Shown: positions 33,932 to 43,547 of the stretch, piece by piece | Layout of the letters: each line of letters begins with the position of its first letter | Position numbering within the stretch: the first letter of the stretch is position 1 | Source of the DNA: Coriobacteriales bacterium | Lineage (GTDB): Bacteria; Actinomycetota; Coriobacteriia; Coriobacteriales; QAMH01 | DNA length: 64,000 bases | Assembly (NCBI GenBank): GCA_050943615.1 | Contig: JBMNPN010000002.1 | Coordinates: forward strand, 224-64,223 | Reading direction: 5' to 3' | Translations under genes and position numbers: made by a program | Notes under the pieces: generated by a model | What the model was told of the DNA's origin: nothing | The model's input: the letters and a program-made list of their open reading frames with translations, nothing else | Database searches by the model: none

Positions 33932-34810
33932 ATGGAAACGAGAAGAAACGCCCTGCTGCTGTTCAGCAAGGTTCCCGAACCAGGCAAAGTGAAGACGCGG
34001 CTCACCTCGCTCAAAGACGGGTTCTTTGACCCGGAGGTTGCGAGCGCCCTTTATCACTGCATGCTCTTTGACGTTGTCGAGTGCTGCTGCGACGCCCTGC
34101 GCGACCTCGAGCGCGCCGATCTCGAGCGGGCGGCACTAGAGGGAACTTGCGAGGAAATGCCCGTTCACGATGAGTACACACTCCTCATTTCTGCTCCCGG
34201 CAAGGCGGGTGAAGATGGGATGCGCAAGCTGTTCGAGGAGAGCGGCGCGTGGCCGCGCGAGATTATCTTTACCCACGACGATGGCAAGAGCTTCGATGAG
34301 CACTACAACGACGCGTTCCAGCAGGTCTGGGACCGCGGTTTCGACACGGTACTCTCCATGGGCTGCGATATGCCCGCGCTGCGGCGTAGCGTCGTCATCG
34401 AGGGGTTCGAGCGCCTGCATGCGCTTTGCGAACGAGAGGGCGGCGGCATCGTGCTCGCCCCTGACCAGGAGATGGGCGTGAGCATCGTCGGCTGGACGGC
34501 GGAGACGGACTTCGATCACGATGGCATCTTCTATAACCAAGATGGGCTCACCGTTCTCCCGGCATATATCCAGAAAGCCGACCGACTTGGGCTGCCCGCG
34601 CTCTATTTGCCTGATGTCCCCGATGTTGACACGATTGCGGACCTTAACCACAACGTCACACTCGTCCAAGCGCTCGAGTACTGCGCCAAGTTCCAAGACG
34701 ATATCACGCCGCCCTATCGTACGGCACAGGCGCTGCGCGAGATGGGATACACGGACATTCGCGTCATGCCGAACGACCTGCATGACGATCGAGACGAAAT
34801 CGACCGCTGA
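33932..34810 (+). CDS. DUF2064 / CofC-like GT-A-fold protein
   Basis: LLLFSKVPEPGKVKTRL, MGCD.P, VLAPD..G, PDVDT..DL; TACAAT 7 nt before ATG 33932 suggests a leaderless mRNA. Confidence 0.75.
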   Translation: METRRNALLLFSKVPEPGKVKTRLTSLKDGFFDPEVASALYHCMLFDVVECCCDALRDLERADLERAALEGTCEEMPVHDEYTLLISAPGKAGEDGMRKLFEESGAWPREIIFTHDDGKSFDEHYNDAFQQVWDRGFDTVLSMGCDMPALRRSVVIEGFERLHALCEREGGGIVLAPDQEMGVSIVGWTAETDFDHDGIFYNQDGLTVLPAYIQKADRLGLPALYLPDVPDVDTIADLNHNVTLVQALEYCAKFQDDITPPYRTAQALREMGYTDIRVMPNDLHDDRDEIDR

Positions 34811-34973
34811 GCTCGCACTGATGCGGCGCGTATGATGTTTCTCTTGCAGGAGGCTGTACTAGCTATCACCTGCCTTTATCTCGGTTTTCTCGCAAAGCCG
34901 TTGTATGGAGAGCGTATTGAAAAAACGCATCTGCAACCTGCGGAATTAGGACTACTATTGTCTTCACAAAACC

Positions 34974-35010
34974 TTGACATTTTGATGGGAACTAATAATA
35001 ATTCTCATTA
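34974..35010 (+). promoter_or_regulatory. cydAB promoter with overlapping Fur-family-like box
   Basis: TTGACA (34974-34979), 17 bp, AATAAT; imperfect palindrome TAATAATAATTCTCATTA (34993-35010). Confidence 0.6.
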
Positions 35011-35115
35011 ACTTCAACCGCTACCTGAGAGCAAGGGGCTCTCGTCAAGGTTCGCAAGATTGGCACAGGCGCTCTTGCGAGAGGCAACGGGGTTTCAACG
35101 TGAAGGGGAGGACAT

Positions 35116-36552
35116 ATGGATTTATTTTCCGATCCGGTGTTTCTCGGCCGTCTTCAGTTTGCGATCACGGTCATTTTCCATTTCCTGTACGTTCCACTGT
35201 CCGTCGGTTTGGGCCTGATCGTTGCCATTGCGCAGACGCGCGCGCACAAGACGAAAGACCCCAAGGACGAGGCAACCGCGCGCTTCTGGATTCGCGTCTT
35301 TGCGCTCACGTTCACCGTGGGCGTTGCGACGGGCATCACGATGGAGTTCAGCTTCGGCACGAACTGGGCTGACTATTCCCGCTTCGTCGGCGACATCTTC
35401 GGCTCGCCGCTTGCGGCAGAGGCGCTGTTCGCCTTCTTCCTCGAGTCGACGTTTCTGGGCGTCCTCATCTTTGGGCGCGACAGGATCTCGACGAAGTTCC
35501 GCATGGTGTCCGCTTGGCTGGTCTGGGCAGGCTCGATGCTGTCGGCCCTGTGGATCCTGATTGCCAATTCCTGGATGCAGACGCCCGCGGGCTACACCGT
35601 CGAGCAGACCACCAATGGTGCAAAGGCCGTCATGACCGACTTCTTCCAGGCCGCATTCAACCCCGAGACGATTCCCACGTACCTGCATACGGTGCTCGCG
35701 CTCATCATTCTTGGCGCATTCGTCGCGATGGCCGTTGCGGCCTATTATCACCTGCATAACCGCAATGAGCACTTCGTCAAGAACGTACTGCGCTGGGGCG
35801 CTATCGTCGCGACCGTTGCAGGCGTGCTGATGATGCCGGCTGCGCACATGCAGGCAAAGGTCGTCTCGGACTACCAGCCGACCAAGCTCGCCGCGATGGA
35901 AGGCCATTACGAGACCGAGTCGGTGCCCATGTACCTCTTCGGCTGGGTCGATACGGATTCCCAGGAAGTCCAGGGCATCTCGATCGAGGGCCTGACCTCG
36001 TGGCTCATCACGGGGGATCCCAGCTCGGTATATCCGGGGCTCAACGACCTCGAGGAGCAGAAACCGGGCAGCACGCCTGACTCCGCAATGGTCCAGGCGA
36101 CGTTCCAGAGCTACCACATCATGATCGTCATGATGGGTGTCATCGTGATCGGCATCATACTTGCGCTCGTGCTCTCGTTCCGCAAGAAGAAGAGCACGCA
36201 CAAGTGGCCCTGGGTGCTGCTGATGATTCTGTGGATAGCGCCGCTGCTCGCCATCGAGACCGGCTGGCTCACCGCAGAGTTCGGCCGGCAGCCGTGGATC
36301 GTCTACGGACTGCTCAAGACCTCTGATGCCATCAGTCAGGCCGTGCCCGCCTGGCAGCTGCTCGTGACGATCGTCCTGTTCGTCGTTGTCTATCTGCTCA
36401 TCATCATCACGTGGATCCGCCTCTTTGCCAAGTTCGTCAAAGAGGGGCCCGAGAAATACGAGACGGCGCTCGTGCAGGGCTCGCAAGATGAGGACGGTGC
36501 GCAGGATGCTCCCGTTGCACGCCTCGCCGCTGAGGGAAAGGCAGGTGAGTGA
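35116..36552 (+). CDS. cydA: cytochrome bd oxidase subunit I
   Basis: RLQFA...HFLYVP, GITMEF.FGTNW, ANSWMQTP, QPTKLAAMEG, GWLTAEFGRQPW. Confidence 0.97.
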   Translation: MDLFSDPVFLGRLQFAITVIFHFLYVPLSVGLGLIVAIAQTRAHKTKDPKDEATARFWIRVFALTFTVGVATGITMEFSFGTNWADYSRFVGDIFGSPLAAEALFAFFLESTFLGVLIFGRDRISTKFRMVSAWLVWAGSMLSALWILIANSWMQTPAGYTVEQTTNGAKAVMTDFFQAAFNPETIPTYLHTVLALIILGAFVAMAVAAYYHLHNRNEHFVKNVLRWGAIVATVAGVLMMPAAHMQAKVVSDYQPTKLAAMEGHYETESVPMYLFGWVDTDSQEVQGISIEGLTSWLITGDPSSVYPGLNDLEEQKPGSTPDSAMVQATFQSYHIMIVMMGVIVIGIILALVLSFRKKKSTHKWPWVLLMILWIAPLLAIETGWLTAEFGRQPWIVYGLLKTSDAISQAVPAWQLLVTIVLFVVVYLLIIITWIRLFAKFVKEGPEKYETALVQGSQDEDGAQDAPVARLAAEGKAGE

Positions 36553-37559
36553 TCATGACATTGCAGATTCTTTGGTACCTGCTTATCGCTCTGCTGATCA
36601 TTGGCTACTACGTGCTTGACGGGTTCGACCTGGGCGCAGGCGTCCTGAGCCCCTTCATCGCAAAGACCGAGCCCGAGAAAAAGGCGGTCGTCGAATCGCT
36701 GGGGCCGGTCTGGGATGGCAATGAGGTATGGTTGCTCACGGCCGGCGGCGCGCTGTTCGCGGCCTTCGCGCCGGCGTACGCCACGACGTTTTCCGGGTTC
36801 TACCTCGCCATCCTGCTGGTCTTGTTCGGGCTGATCGTCCGTGCGGTCTCTCTCGAGTTCCGCAGCAACGACGAGGACTGGAGAAAGCTCTGGGACGCGC
36901 TGTTCTTCCTGGGCTCGCTCGTCCCCGCGCTGCTGTTCGGCGTCGCGCTCGGCAACTGCCTGCAGGGCATCCCGCTTGCCATGAACGGGGACTACACGGG
37001 CACCTTCCTCGGGCTGCTCACGCTGTTTCCCCTGGTGTGCGGCCTGCTCGGCCTGTCCACCATCATCACGCAGGGCGCATGCTGGCTTGCCGCCAAGATT
37101 GAGGAGGGCACCGAGCTTCAGGCGCGCGCTGTCCAGGTGAGAAAGGTCATGTTCATCGTGACGATCGTTCTCGCTTGCCTTGCCGCGGCGCTCTACTTTG
37201 GGGGAATCCACACCGCGTTCCAGGGCTTTGCAGGCGGCGTCACCGTCATCGGCGCGATTTTGCTCGTCGCGGGCTTTGTCTGCGGTCTGTTCTTCGGGGC
37301 AAAGGGCAAAGATTGGCTCGCGTTCCTCTCGAACTGCGTGGTCTGCGCGGCGTTCGTCATCCTGTACGCGGCGGCGCTGTTCCCGAACTTCGTGGTCTCC
37401 ACGGGCGTCGGTCCCAACATCGATATCGCCAACGCTGCAGGCAGCGACCTCACGCTGACCGTGATGACGATCATCGCCTGCATCGGCGTGCCGCTGGTGC
37501 TCATCTACCACGTGATCGTGTACCGCACCTTCCGCGGAAAGGTCCCGGTCGAGTCCTAG
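36549..37559 (+). CDS. cydB: cytochrome bd oxidase subunit II
   Basis: LDGFDLGAG, GPVWDGNEVWL, FAAF...YAT.FSG; GTGA overlap (ATG 36555 is an alternative start). Confidence 0.96.
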   Translation: MIMTLQILWYLLIALLIIGYYVLDGFDLGAGVLSPFIAKTEPEKKAVVESLGPVWDGNEVWLLTAGGALFAAFAPAYATTFSGFYLAILLVLFGLIVRAVSLEFRSNDEDWRKLWDALFFLGSLVPALLFGVALGNCLQGIPLAMNGDYTGTFLGLLTLFPLVCGLLGLSTIITQGACWLAAKIEEGTELQARAVQVRKVMFIVTIVLACLAAALYFGGIHTAFQGFAGGVTVIGAILLVAGFVCGLFFGAKGKDWLAFLSNCVVCAAFVILYAAALFPNFVVSTGVGPNIDIANAAGSDLTLTVMTIIACIGVPLVLIYHVIVYRTFRGKVPVES

Positions 37560-37694
37560 AGGCTTTCGGACAGATATCGATCGAATGGAGAGCCATGTCG
37601 GTAATTTAGCCGGCGTGGCTCTCTTGCGCTGCAGAACTGCTGGTGTCTAATGAGCCTTGCCCAAGGGTTTGTGCCGCATGAGCCTTGCCCAAGA

Positions 37695-38161
37695 AATCGC
37701 GCATAACTTCGCAAAATGCTGCAAGAGCGGCTCTTTCGCGAAGGGCATGCGCGATTTTGCTTCTGCCGCAGCTCGCTGGACACGTTCAGCAATTGGGTAG
37801 CATCTCAGGCGCTGGACGAGAAAATCGCGCACAGGTTCGCAAAATACTGCAATAGCCGATTTCTTGCGTAGGTTGTGCGCGATTCTGAGTTGCCAGATCT
37901 TCTTGGGGCGCGCTCGGTGGTTGGCGTGGTCGATTGGCCTCCTGGATGTGCTTTGGGAGGAAATTGCGCATTCCTTCGCAGAATGCTGCCGAAGCGGGCT
38001 CCTCGTGAAAGGTGTGCGCGATTCGGAATTGCCAGATTTTGCTTGGACATATTCGGTGTCTGGCCCATCCTCGAGCATCAGGATGAGCACTCAAGGAAAA
38101 ATCGCGCATAGGTTCGCATGATGCTGCTGAACCGACTCTCTCACGAAGGGTATGCGCGATT
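37695..38161. repeat. family A cluster 3 (37695, 37823, 37962, 38100)
   Basis: Four 62-bp units upstream of the nuclease-like gene. Confidence 0.92.
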
Positions 38162-38428
38162 TCTGCCTTCTTGGGAACTTGCATGTCTCTAGGGTGCGCG
38201 GTGAGGGCGAAGAAAAAATTTTACATTTTTTCTCGCGGACAGCACCTCTTTGACCTGCGGTGTTCTGATAGAGCTCTGAGATATTGTTAGATTCACTCGG
38301 AAATGAGTCTGATGTTTTGAAAGGTCAGGAGTGTACAGTGCAACTGGGGCTGAGTCCGGGCCTTTCCTTTCGGGATGGGGGAGGCGAAATAGGATGTGGG
38401 ACACCTGAGATAGGGGTGGAGCGGAAGA

Positions 38429-39472
38429 ATGGGGAGAGGAACGAGGTCTGGGTCTTTCCGCGGCGCTTTTCTCGTGGTGACGGGGGCGAGCGCCGCGGAG
38501 CTAGACCGGATGCTTTCAGAGAAGGGAAGGCGCCTGGGCGACCTTCCGAGAATCAGGAACTCTGAGCAGGTGCTCGCCGAGGCAGGAGCGGTGCACTTTA
38601 AGCGCGCGGAAGAGATTCTCGAGCGAAGCGTGCTCGGCCGCCGATTATCGCGGCCGGTCCAGGTTCTGGTGAAAGAGCCTTCCGACAGGAGAAAGAACCG
38701 TGTTCTGAGAGGGCATTGCTGGTCTTCCGGCCTTCCCGAGAAATCGCTGGTCTTTGTCGCGCCCGGGTTGTATGCGTGCGCTCCTGAGTTCTCGTACCTT
38801 CAGGAATCCCGTCGCCTCTCGATCCCCCTATCCTCGCTTTTCGGCATGGAAATCGTGGGGAGCTTCGTGCGCGACGGGGCATCAGAATACGGGTGCCGCA
38901 CTGCGCAACCTGCAACGGATATCGAGGCGGTCCGGAACTTCGTGAGAAAGGCCAGCGGAAAGCCGGGTGCACGAAAGGCCCGCATGGCGCTTCGCTTTGT
39001 GCTCGAGGGGTCGCGTTCGCCCCAGGAAAGTAAATGTGCGCTTTTGCTCTCGCTTCCCAAGCGCTACGGCGGATTCGGGTTGCCGAAGCCGCTCCTCAAC
39101 CCACGTATCGAGACGAACCCCGAGTATCAGCAAACGGGCTTGAGCGAGCCGCGGTACTGCGATATCTACTATCCGCGCGGCAGACTCGACATCGAGTACA
39201 ACGGAGCACAGCACGAGCAGGGCGCCGCACCGATTCACGATCTTGAACGGGAGCGGGCGCTTTTCCGCGTGGGGATTACCGTTGTCTCGCTCACGGCGGC
39301 AGCGCTCGCGAACCGCTTCGAGATGACGCGTCTTGCCCGGGGAATTGAGCGCAAACTCGGGTGCAGGACGCAAGAAGATTCGTCTCTGACTATAGAGATG
39401 CGCAAGCTGCTCTTCGATGCCTTCTTCCCTCCGCGGGAGCAAGGCTGCCCTTGGTTTTCCGAGGCTGCATGA
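38429..39472 (+). CDS. AbiEi-like/DUF559(Vsr)-like putative endonuclease
   Basis: SRSPQES..LSLP.RYGGFG...LNPRI, YCDIYY...DIEYNGAQH....DLERERAL..GITV is a Vsr/DUF559-type catalytic arrangement. Confidence 0.7.
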   Translation: MGRGTRSGSFRGAFLVVTGASAAELDRMLSEKGRRLGDLPRIRNSEQVLAEAGAVHFKRAEEILERSVLGRRLSRPVQVLVKEPSDRRKNRVLRGHCWSSGLPEKSLVFVAPGLYACAPEFSYLQESRRLSIPLSSLFGMEIVGSFVRDGASEYGCRTAQPATDIEAVRNFVRKASGKPGARKARMALRFVLEGSRSPQESKCALLLSLPKRYGGFGLPKPLLNPRIETNPEYQQTGLSEPRYCDIYYPRGRLDIEYNGAQHEQGAAPIHDLERERALFRVGITVVSLTAAALANRFEMTRLARGIERKLGCRTQEDSSLTIEMRKLLFDAFFPPREQGCPWFSEAA

Positions 39473-39807
39473 GACGGTGACGATGCCAGAGGGCTGTGCG
39501 GTTTTGTGCTGAAGCCGACAGCATTCACTTGAAGGGAAACGGCTTCGGCTCATGCACCGCTTATTGCACATATGGGGAACTGACGCGCTGCGCGAGACCC
39601 ATGACACCAACACCAGCGCGAGGCCGTTGCTCTCAACATCTCAGGTTGAGAGGCGCGCTGCGTGATACTCATGAGTGTATTTTCCCAATATGAGGCTTGA
39701 GCTGTGTCTTTCTCGCGCTGTGTGCCCGATGCCCTTTGCTATGATTCAAATTGGCTGATTTACCGACTGTCCATTTGCGTATGGAACAAGAAAGGTTGGG
39801 AACTTCC

Positions 39808-40245
39808 ATGAGCACGATAACCAAGGGCGAGCGCGAGATCATCGACGTCCTCGCTCTGCATGATGGTATCCCAGCAGCCGAAATCGAGAAGGACCTGCAA
39901 GCTCCCGAGATGCAGGGCTATCACAAGGCCGTCCGCGCCATGGTCGATGCGGGATTCCGCAAGGCTTGGGAGGACAATGCCGAAAAGGTCGTCGAGAACA
40001 GCGACGACGTGATTGCCCTCGAAGAGGGTCTTGCCAAGCACAGCAACTTCACGGTGGAGTTCATCAAGGACGTCACCGCCGAAGGCGAGGGAGAGGGCAA
40101 GCAAAACGTCTTCTTCCAGCAGGTCAAGGGCTATGAGCGTGCTTGCCAGGCGGCTTCCAATGCGGGCTTTCGCGCCGCATGGGTCGACGACCGCATGCAG
40201 CCGGTTGGCAACAACCACGGCTGGATTGCGCGCAACGACCTGTAG
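39808..40245 (+). CDS. hypothetical protein with internal duplication
   Basis: Typical high-GC codon usage; QGYHKAVRAMVDAGFRKAWED resembles KGYERACQAASNAGFRAAWVD; followed by a terminator. Confidence 0.7.
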   Translation: MSTITKGEREIIDVLALHDGIPAAEIEKDLQAPEMQGYHKAVRAMVDAGFRKAWEDNAEKVVENSDDVIALEEGLAKHSNFTVEFIKDVTAEGEGEGKQNVFFQQVKGYERACQAASNAGFRAAWVDDRMQPVGNNHGWIARNDL

Positions 40246-40303
40246 GAGCTTTGCCAGATAGGCACTCGTTGCCGGATCGATTTCCCGAGCAGTTGGTAAA
40301 CGG

Positions 40304-40345
40304 GAGGCGGGTCATTCCCCAAAGGGGAGTGGCCCGTTTCTTTTT
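40304..40345 (+). terminator. intrinsic terminator
   Basis: GAGGCGGGTCATTCCCC-AAA-GGGGAGTGGCCCGTTTC followed by a T run. Confidence 0.75.
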
Positions 40346-40355
40346 GCGCGGTAAA

Positions 40356-40812
40356 AATCGCGCATAGGTTCGCCTAGGGGACAAATATGAGCTCGCCATG
40401 CGAAGGCGTGCGCGATTTTGCTCGCGAGCTATAAATGACCCTGCGGCACGAAGCATGTTTGTCGAAGAATCGCGCATAGGTTCGCCTGAGGTACAGAAGT
40501 AAATTCGCCATGCGAAGGCGTGCGCGATTTTCATGTGCGCTGAGTCGCGAGCCAGTACCACTTGGGGGCGTGCTCGGTTCTGGGCCTTGGCATATGGCTG
40601 CCAAGAATCGCGCATGGGTTCGCCTGATTGCACATGATGTGTGGTTGTTGCGAAGGCGTGCGCGGTTTTCTTGCGCGTTGCGGTGCGCGGCGGGTTGCTC
40701 GGGCGCGTCCGCTTTCTCGTGAGCTATCCTGGCGCGTGCGATTGCCGAAGAATCGCGCACGCCCTAGGCGTGCGGGGCAATCGGCAGCTGCCATGCGAAG
40801 GTATGTGCGATT
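40356..40812. repeat. family A cluster 4 (40356, 40468, 40606, 40751; degenerate unit ~40682)
   Basis: 62-bp units sharing TGCGAAGG right arms, upstream of leuS. Confidence 0.9.
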
Positions 40813-40951
40813 CCCTTGGCGCCTGTGTCGTTGCAGCTGACGCTTTACGTGGTCCCGAGCGGCGGTAAACTGCGCTATCATCGTGCAATGCCACATATGG
40901 CTGCAAATGGGCAGTCAGTTGGTCGTTTCACACCTATCGGAGGTACGCGTT

Positions 40952-43465
40952 ATGCCGCAAGGCTACAACCCGCAAGAAATCGAGCCCAAATGGCAAAAGA
41001 TCTGGGCTGACGAGAAGCTCTTCAAGCTGGACCCCGCAAGCAAGCGTCCGGCAAAGTACGTGCTCGAGATGTTCCCGTACCCTTCGGGCGACATCCACAT
41101 GGGGCACGTCCGCAACTACACGATCGGCGACGTCTACGCGCGCTATCTGCACATGAAGGGCTGCGACGTGCTGCACCCGATTGGCTGGGACGCCTTCGGG
41201 CTGCCGGCCGAGAACGCTGCCATCAAGCACAAGAGCCATCCGGCGAAGTGGACCTTTGGGAATATCGACACGCAGTGCGCGAGCTTCAAGCGCATGGGGC
41301 TTTCCTACGACTGGGACTGTACGGTCATCACCTGTAAGGAAGACTACTACCGCTGGGGCCAGTGGTTCTTCCTGAAGATGTACGAAAAAGGGCTCGCATA
41401 CCGCAAGAGCAACCCGGTCAACTGGTGCCCGAGCTGCAAGACCGTCCTTGCCAACGAGCAGGTCGAGCAGGGGCTGTGCTGGCGCTGCCACAGCGTCGTC
41501 GAGCGCAAGGAACTCGACCAGTGGTACCTCAAGATCACCGACTACGCTGAAGAGCTGCTCGACGACCTGGACAAGCTGCCGGGCTGGCCCGAGCGCGTCA
41601 AGCAGATGCAGGCCAATTGGATCGGCCGCTCCGAGGGCGCGCACGTCGACTTCACGCTCTGCGATGAGGCAGGTGAGCCGACCGACACCAAGATCACCGT
41701 CTTCACGACACGCCCCGACACGCTCTTCGGCTGCACGTTCTTCCTGCTCGCGCCCGAGCACCCGATGGTGAACGAGCTCATCTCCGGCACCGAGTACGAG
41801 CAGGCGTGCCGCGAGGTCATCGCGATTGCCGAAAAGGCGACCGCCGTCGAGCGGACCATGGGCGACCGCGAAAAGCACGGCGCCTTCACCGGGCGCTACG
41901 TGGTGAACCCGGTCAACAACGAGAAAGTGCCGGTCTGGATTGCCGACTACGTGCTCACCGACTACGGCACGGGCGCCGTCATGGCCGTGCCGAGCGGCGA
42001 CCAGCGCGACTTCGAGTTCGCGAAGAAGTACGGCCTGAGCATTCCGCCGGTCGTCGTGCCCGAAGACGATGCGCTCTTTGAGCGACTGAAGGACGAGAAG
42101 ACGCGCGTCGTCGACAACGTGGATTGGCCCGAGGCCTACGATGGCCCTGGCACTATGGTGCAGTCCGGCGAGTTCACGGGCATGCAGGGCGGCAAGGACT
42201 CCGAGGGCGCGAAGGCCGTCATCTCGTGGCTCGAAAAGAAGGGCTGCGGCGAGGGCACCGTCAACTTCCGCCTGCGCGACTGGCTCATCAGCCGTCAGCG
42301 CTACTGGGGCAACCCGATTCCGATGATCTACTGCGACAAGTGCGGCATCGTTCCGGTCCCCGAAGAGGACCTGCCGGTCGTGCTCCCGCAGGACGTCGAT
42401 ATCGCCGCAGGCGAGACGCTCAAGGACAACAAGGACTTCTACGAGTGCACGTGTCCCAAATGCGGCGGTCCCGCGCATCGCGAGACCGACACGATGGACA
42501 CCTTCACCTGCTCGTCGTGGTACTTCATGCGCTACACCGACCCACATAACAGCACTGCGCCGTTCGATTCCGACAAGGTCAACCGCTTCATGCCCGTCGA
42601 CCAGTACATCGGCGGCATCGAGCACGCGATCCTGCACCTGCTCTACGCCCGATTCTGGACGAAGGTCGCCCGCGACCTCGGCATGGTCGACTTCGACGAG
42701 CCGTTCACCAACCTGCTGTGCCAGGGCATGGTGAAAGACGAGCACGGCGAGACCATGAGCAAGTCCAAGGGAAACGTCGTCTCGCCCGAAGACGTGATCG
42801 CGAAGTACGGCGTCGACGCGGCGCGCGCCTACATCCTGTTCATGGCACCGCCTGACAAGGACCTGCAGTGGGACGACCGCGGCTGCGCGGCCATGGAGAA
42901 GTTCCTGCGGCGTGTCTGGGGCCAGGTCTGGACGTTGTCCGATGAGGGTGGAACCGGCGCGGGCGGCGACAAGGCCGCCGAGAACCTGAACCGCAAGCTC
43001 CACCAGACGATCAAGAAGGTCACCGAGGACATCGAGCGCTTCAACTTCAACACGGCGCTTGCCGCGATCATGGAGCTTGCCAACGCGACTGCCGACTACC
43101 TGAAGCTCGACGCCTCCAAGCGCGACAGCGCGCTGTGCAAGCAGGTCGCCGAGACGCTCGTGCTCCTGCTCGCGCCCTACGCACCGCACTGGGCAGACGA
43201 GCTGTGGACGGCAGCACTCGGCCATGAGAAGAGTGCCTATTGCGAAGACTGGCCGCAGTATGACGAGGCACAGGCCGCAGAAGACGAGGTCGAGCGTGCC
43301 GTCATGATCGGCGGCAAGGTGCGCGCGCACATAATCACGGCAGCCGATGCTCCCGAGGACGAGATTGTCGAGGCGGCGCTTGCCGCAGTTGCCGACCGGC
43401 TCGAGGGCAAGACCGTGAGAAAGACGATCGTTGCGCCGACGGTCGTGAACGTGGTGGCCAACTAA
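40952..43465 (+). CDS. leuS: leucyl-tRNA synthetase
   Basis: MFPYPSG..HMGH (HIGH), GWDAFGLPAENAA, RDWLISRQRYWG, TMSKS; GGAGG RBS. Confidence 0.98.
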   Translation: MPQGYNPQEIEPKWQKIWADEKLFKLDPASKRPAKYVLEMFPYPSGDIHMGHVRNYTIGDVYARYLHMKGCDVLHPIGWDAFGLPAENAAIKHKSHPAKWTFGNIDTQCASFKRMGLSYDWDCTVITCKEDYYRWGQWFFLKMYEKGLAYRKSNPVNWCPSCKTVLANEQVEQGLCWRCHSVVERKELDQWYLKITDYAEELLDDLDKLPGWPERVKQMQANWIGRSEGAHVDFTLCDEAGEPTDTKITVFTTRPDTLFGCTFFLLAPEHPMVNELISGTEYEQACREVIAIAEKATAVERTMGDREKHGAFTGRYVVNPVNNEKVPVWIADYVLTDYGTGAVMAVPSGDQRDFEFAKKYGLSIPPVVVPEDDALFERLKDEKTRVVDNVDWPEAYDGPGTMVQSGEFTGMQGGKDSEGAKAVISWLEKKGCGEGTVNFRLRDWLISRQRYWGNPIPMIYCDKCGIVPVPEEDLPVVLPQDVDIAAGETLKDNKDFYECTCPKCGGPAHRETDTMDTFTCSSWYFMRYTDPHNSTAPFDSDKVNRFMPVDQYIGGIEHAILHLLYARFWTKVARDLGMVDFDEPFTNLLCQGMVKDEHGETMSKSKGNVVSPEDVIAKYGVDAARAYILFMAPPDKDLQWDDRGCAAMEKFLRRVWGQVWTLSDEGGTGAGGDKAAENLNRKLHQTIKKVTEDIERFNFNTALAAIMELANATADYLKLDASKRDSALCKQVAETLVLLLAPYAPHWADELWTAALGHEKSAYCEDWPQYDEAQAAEDEVERAVMIGGKVRAHIITAADAPEDEIVEAALAAVADRLEGKTVRKTIVAPTVVNVVAN

Positions 43466-43495
43466 GCGCATATCTTCGCAAAGAGCCAGTAACGC

Positions 43496-43533
43496 AAAAC
43501 GCTCGCCCCGGAGAAATCCGATGCGGGCGTTTT
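43496..43533 (+). terminator. probable leuS terminator
   Basis: AAAACGCTCGC...GCGGGCGTTTT stem. Confidence 0.5.
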
Positions 43534-43547
43534 ATTGCTGCGAGAAA

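Noticed and set aside
39569-39692. Inverted repeat CATATGGGGAA / TTCCCAATATG after the second nuclease-like gene as a third repeat family
   Set aside because: A single 10-of-11 match with no other copy seen; could be chance.
40820-40951. T-box leader before leuS
   Set aside because: Only about 140 bp follow the last repeat unit, and no T-box consensus or terminator was seen.
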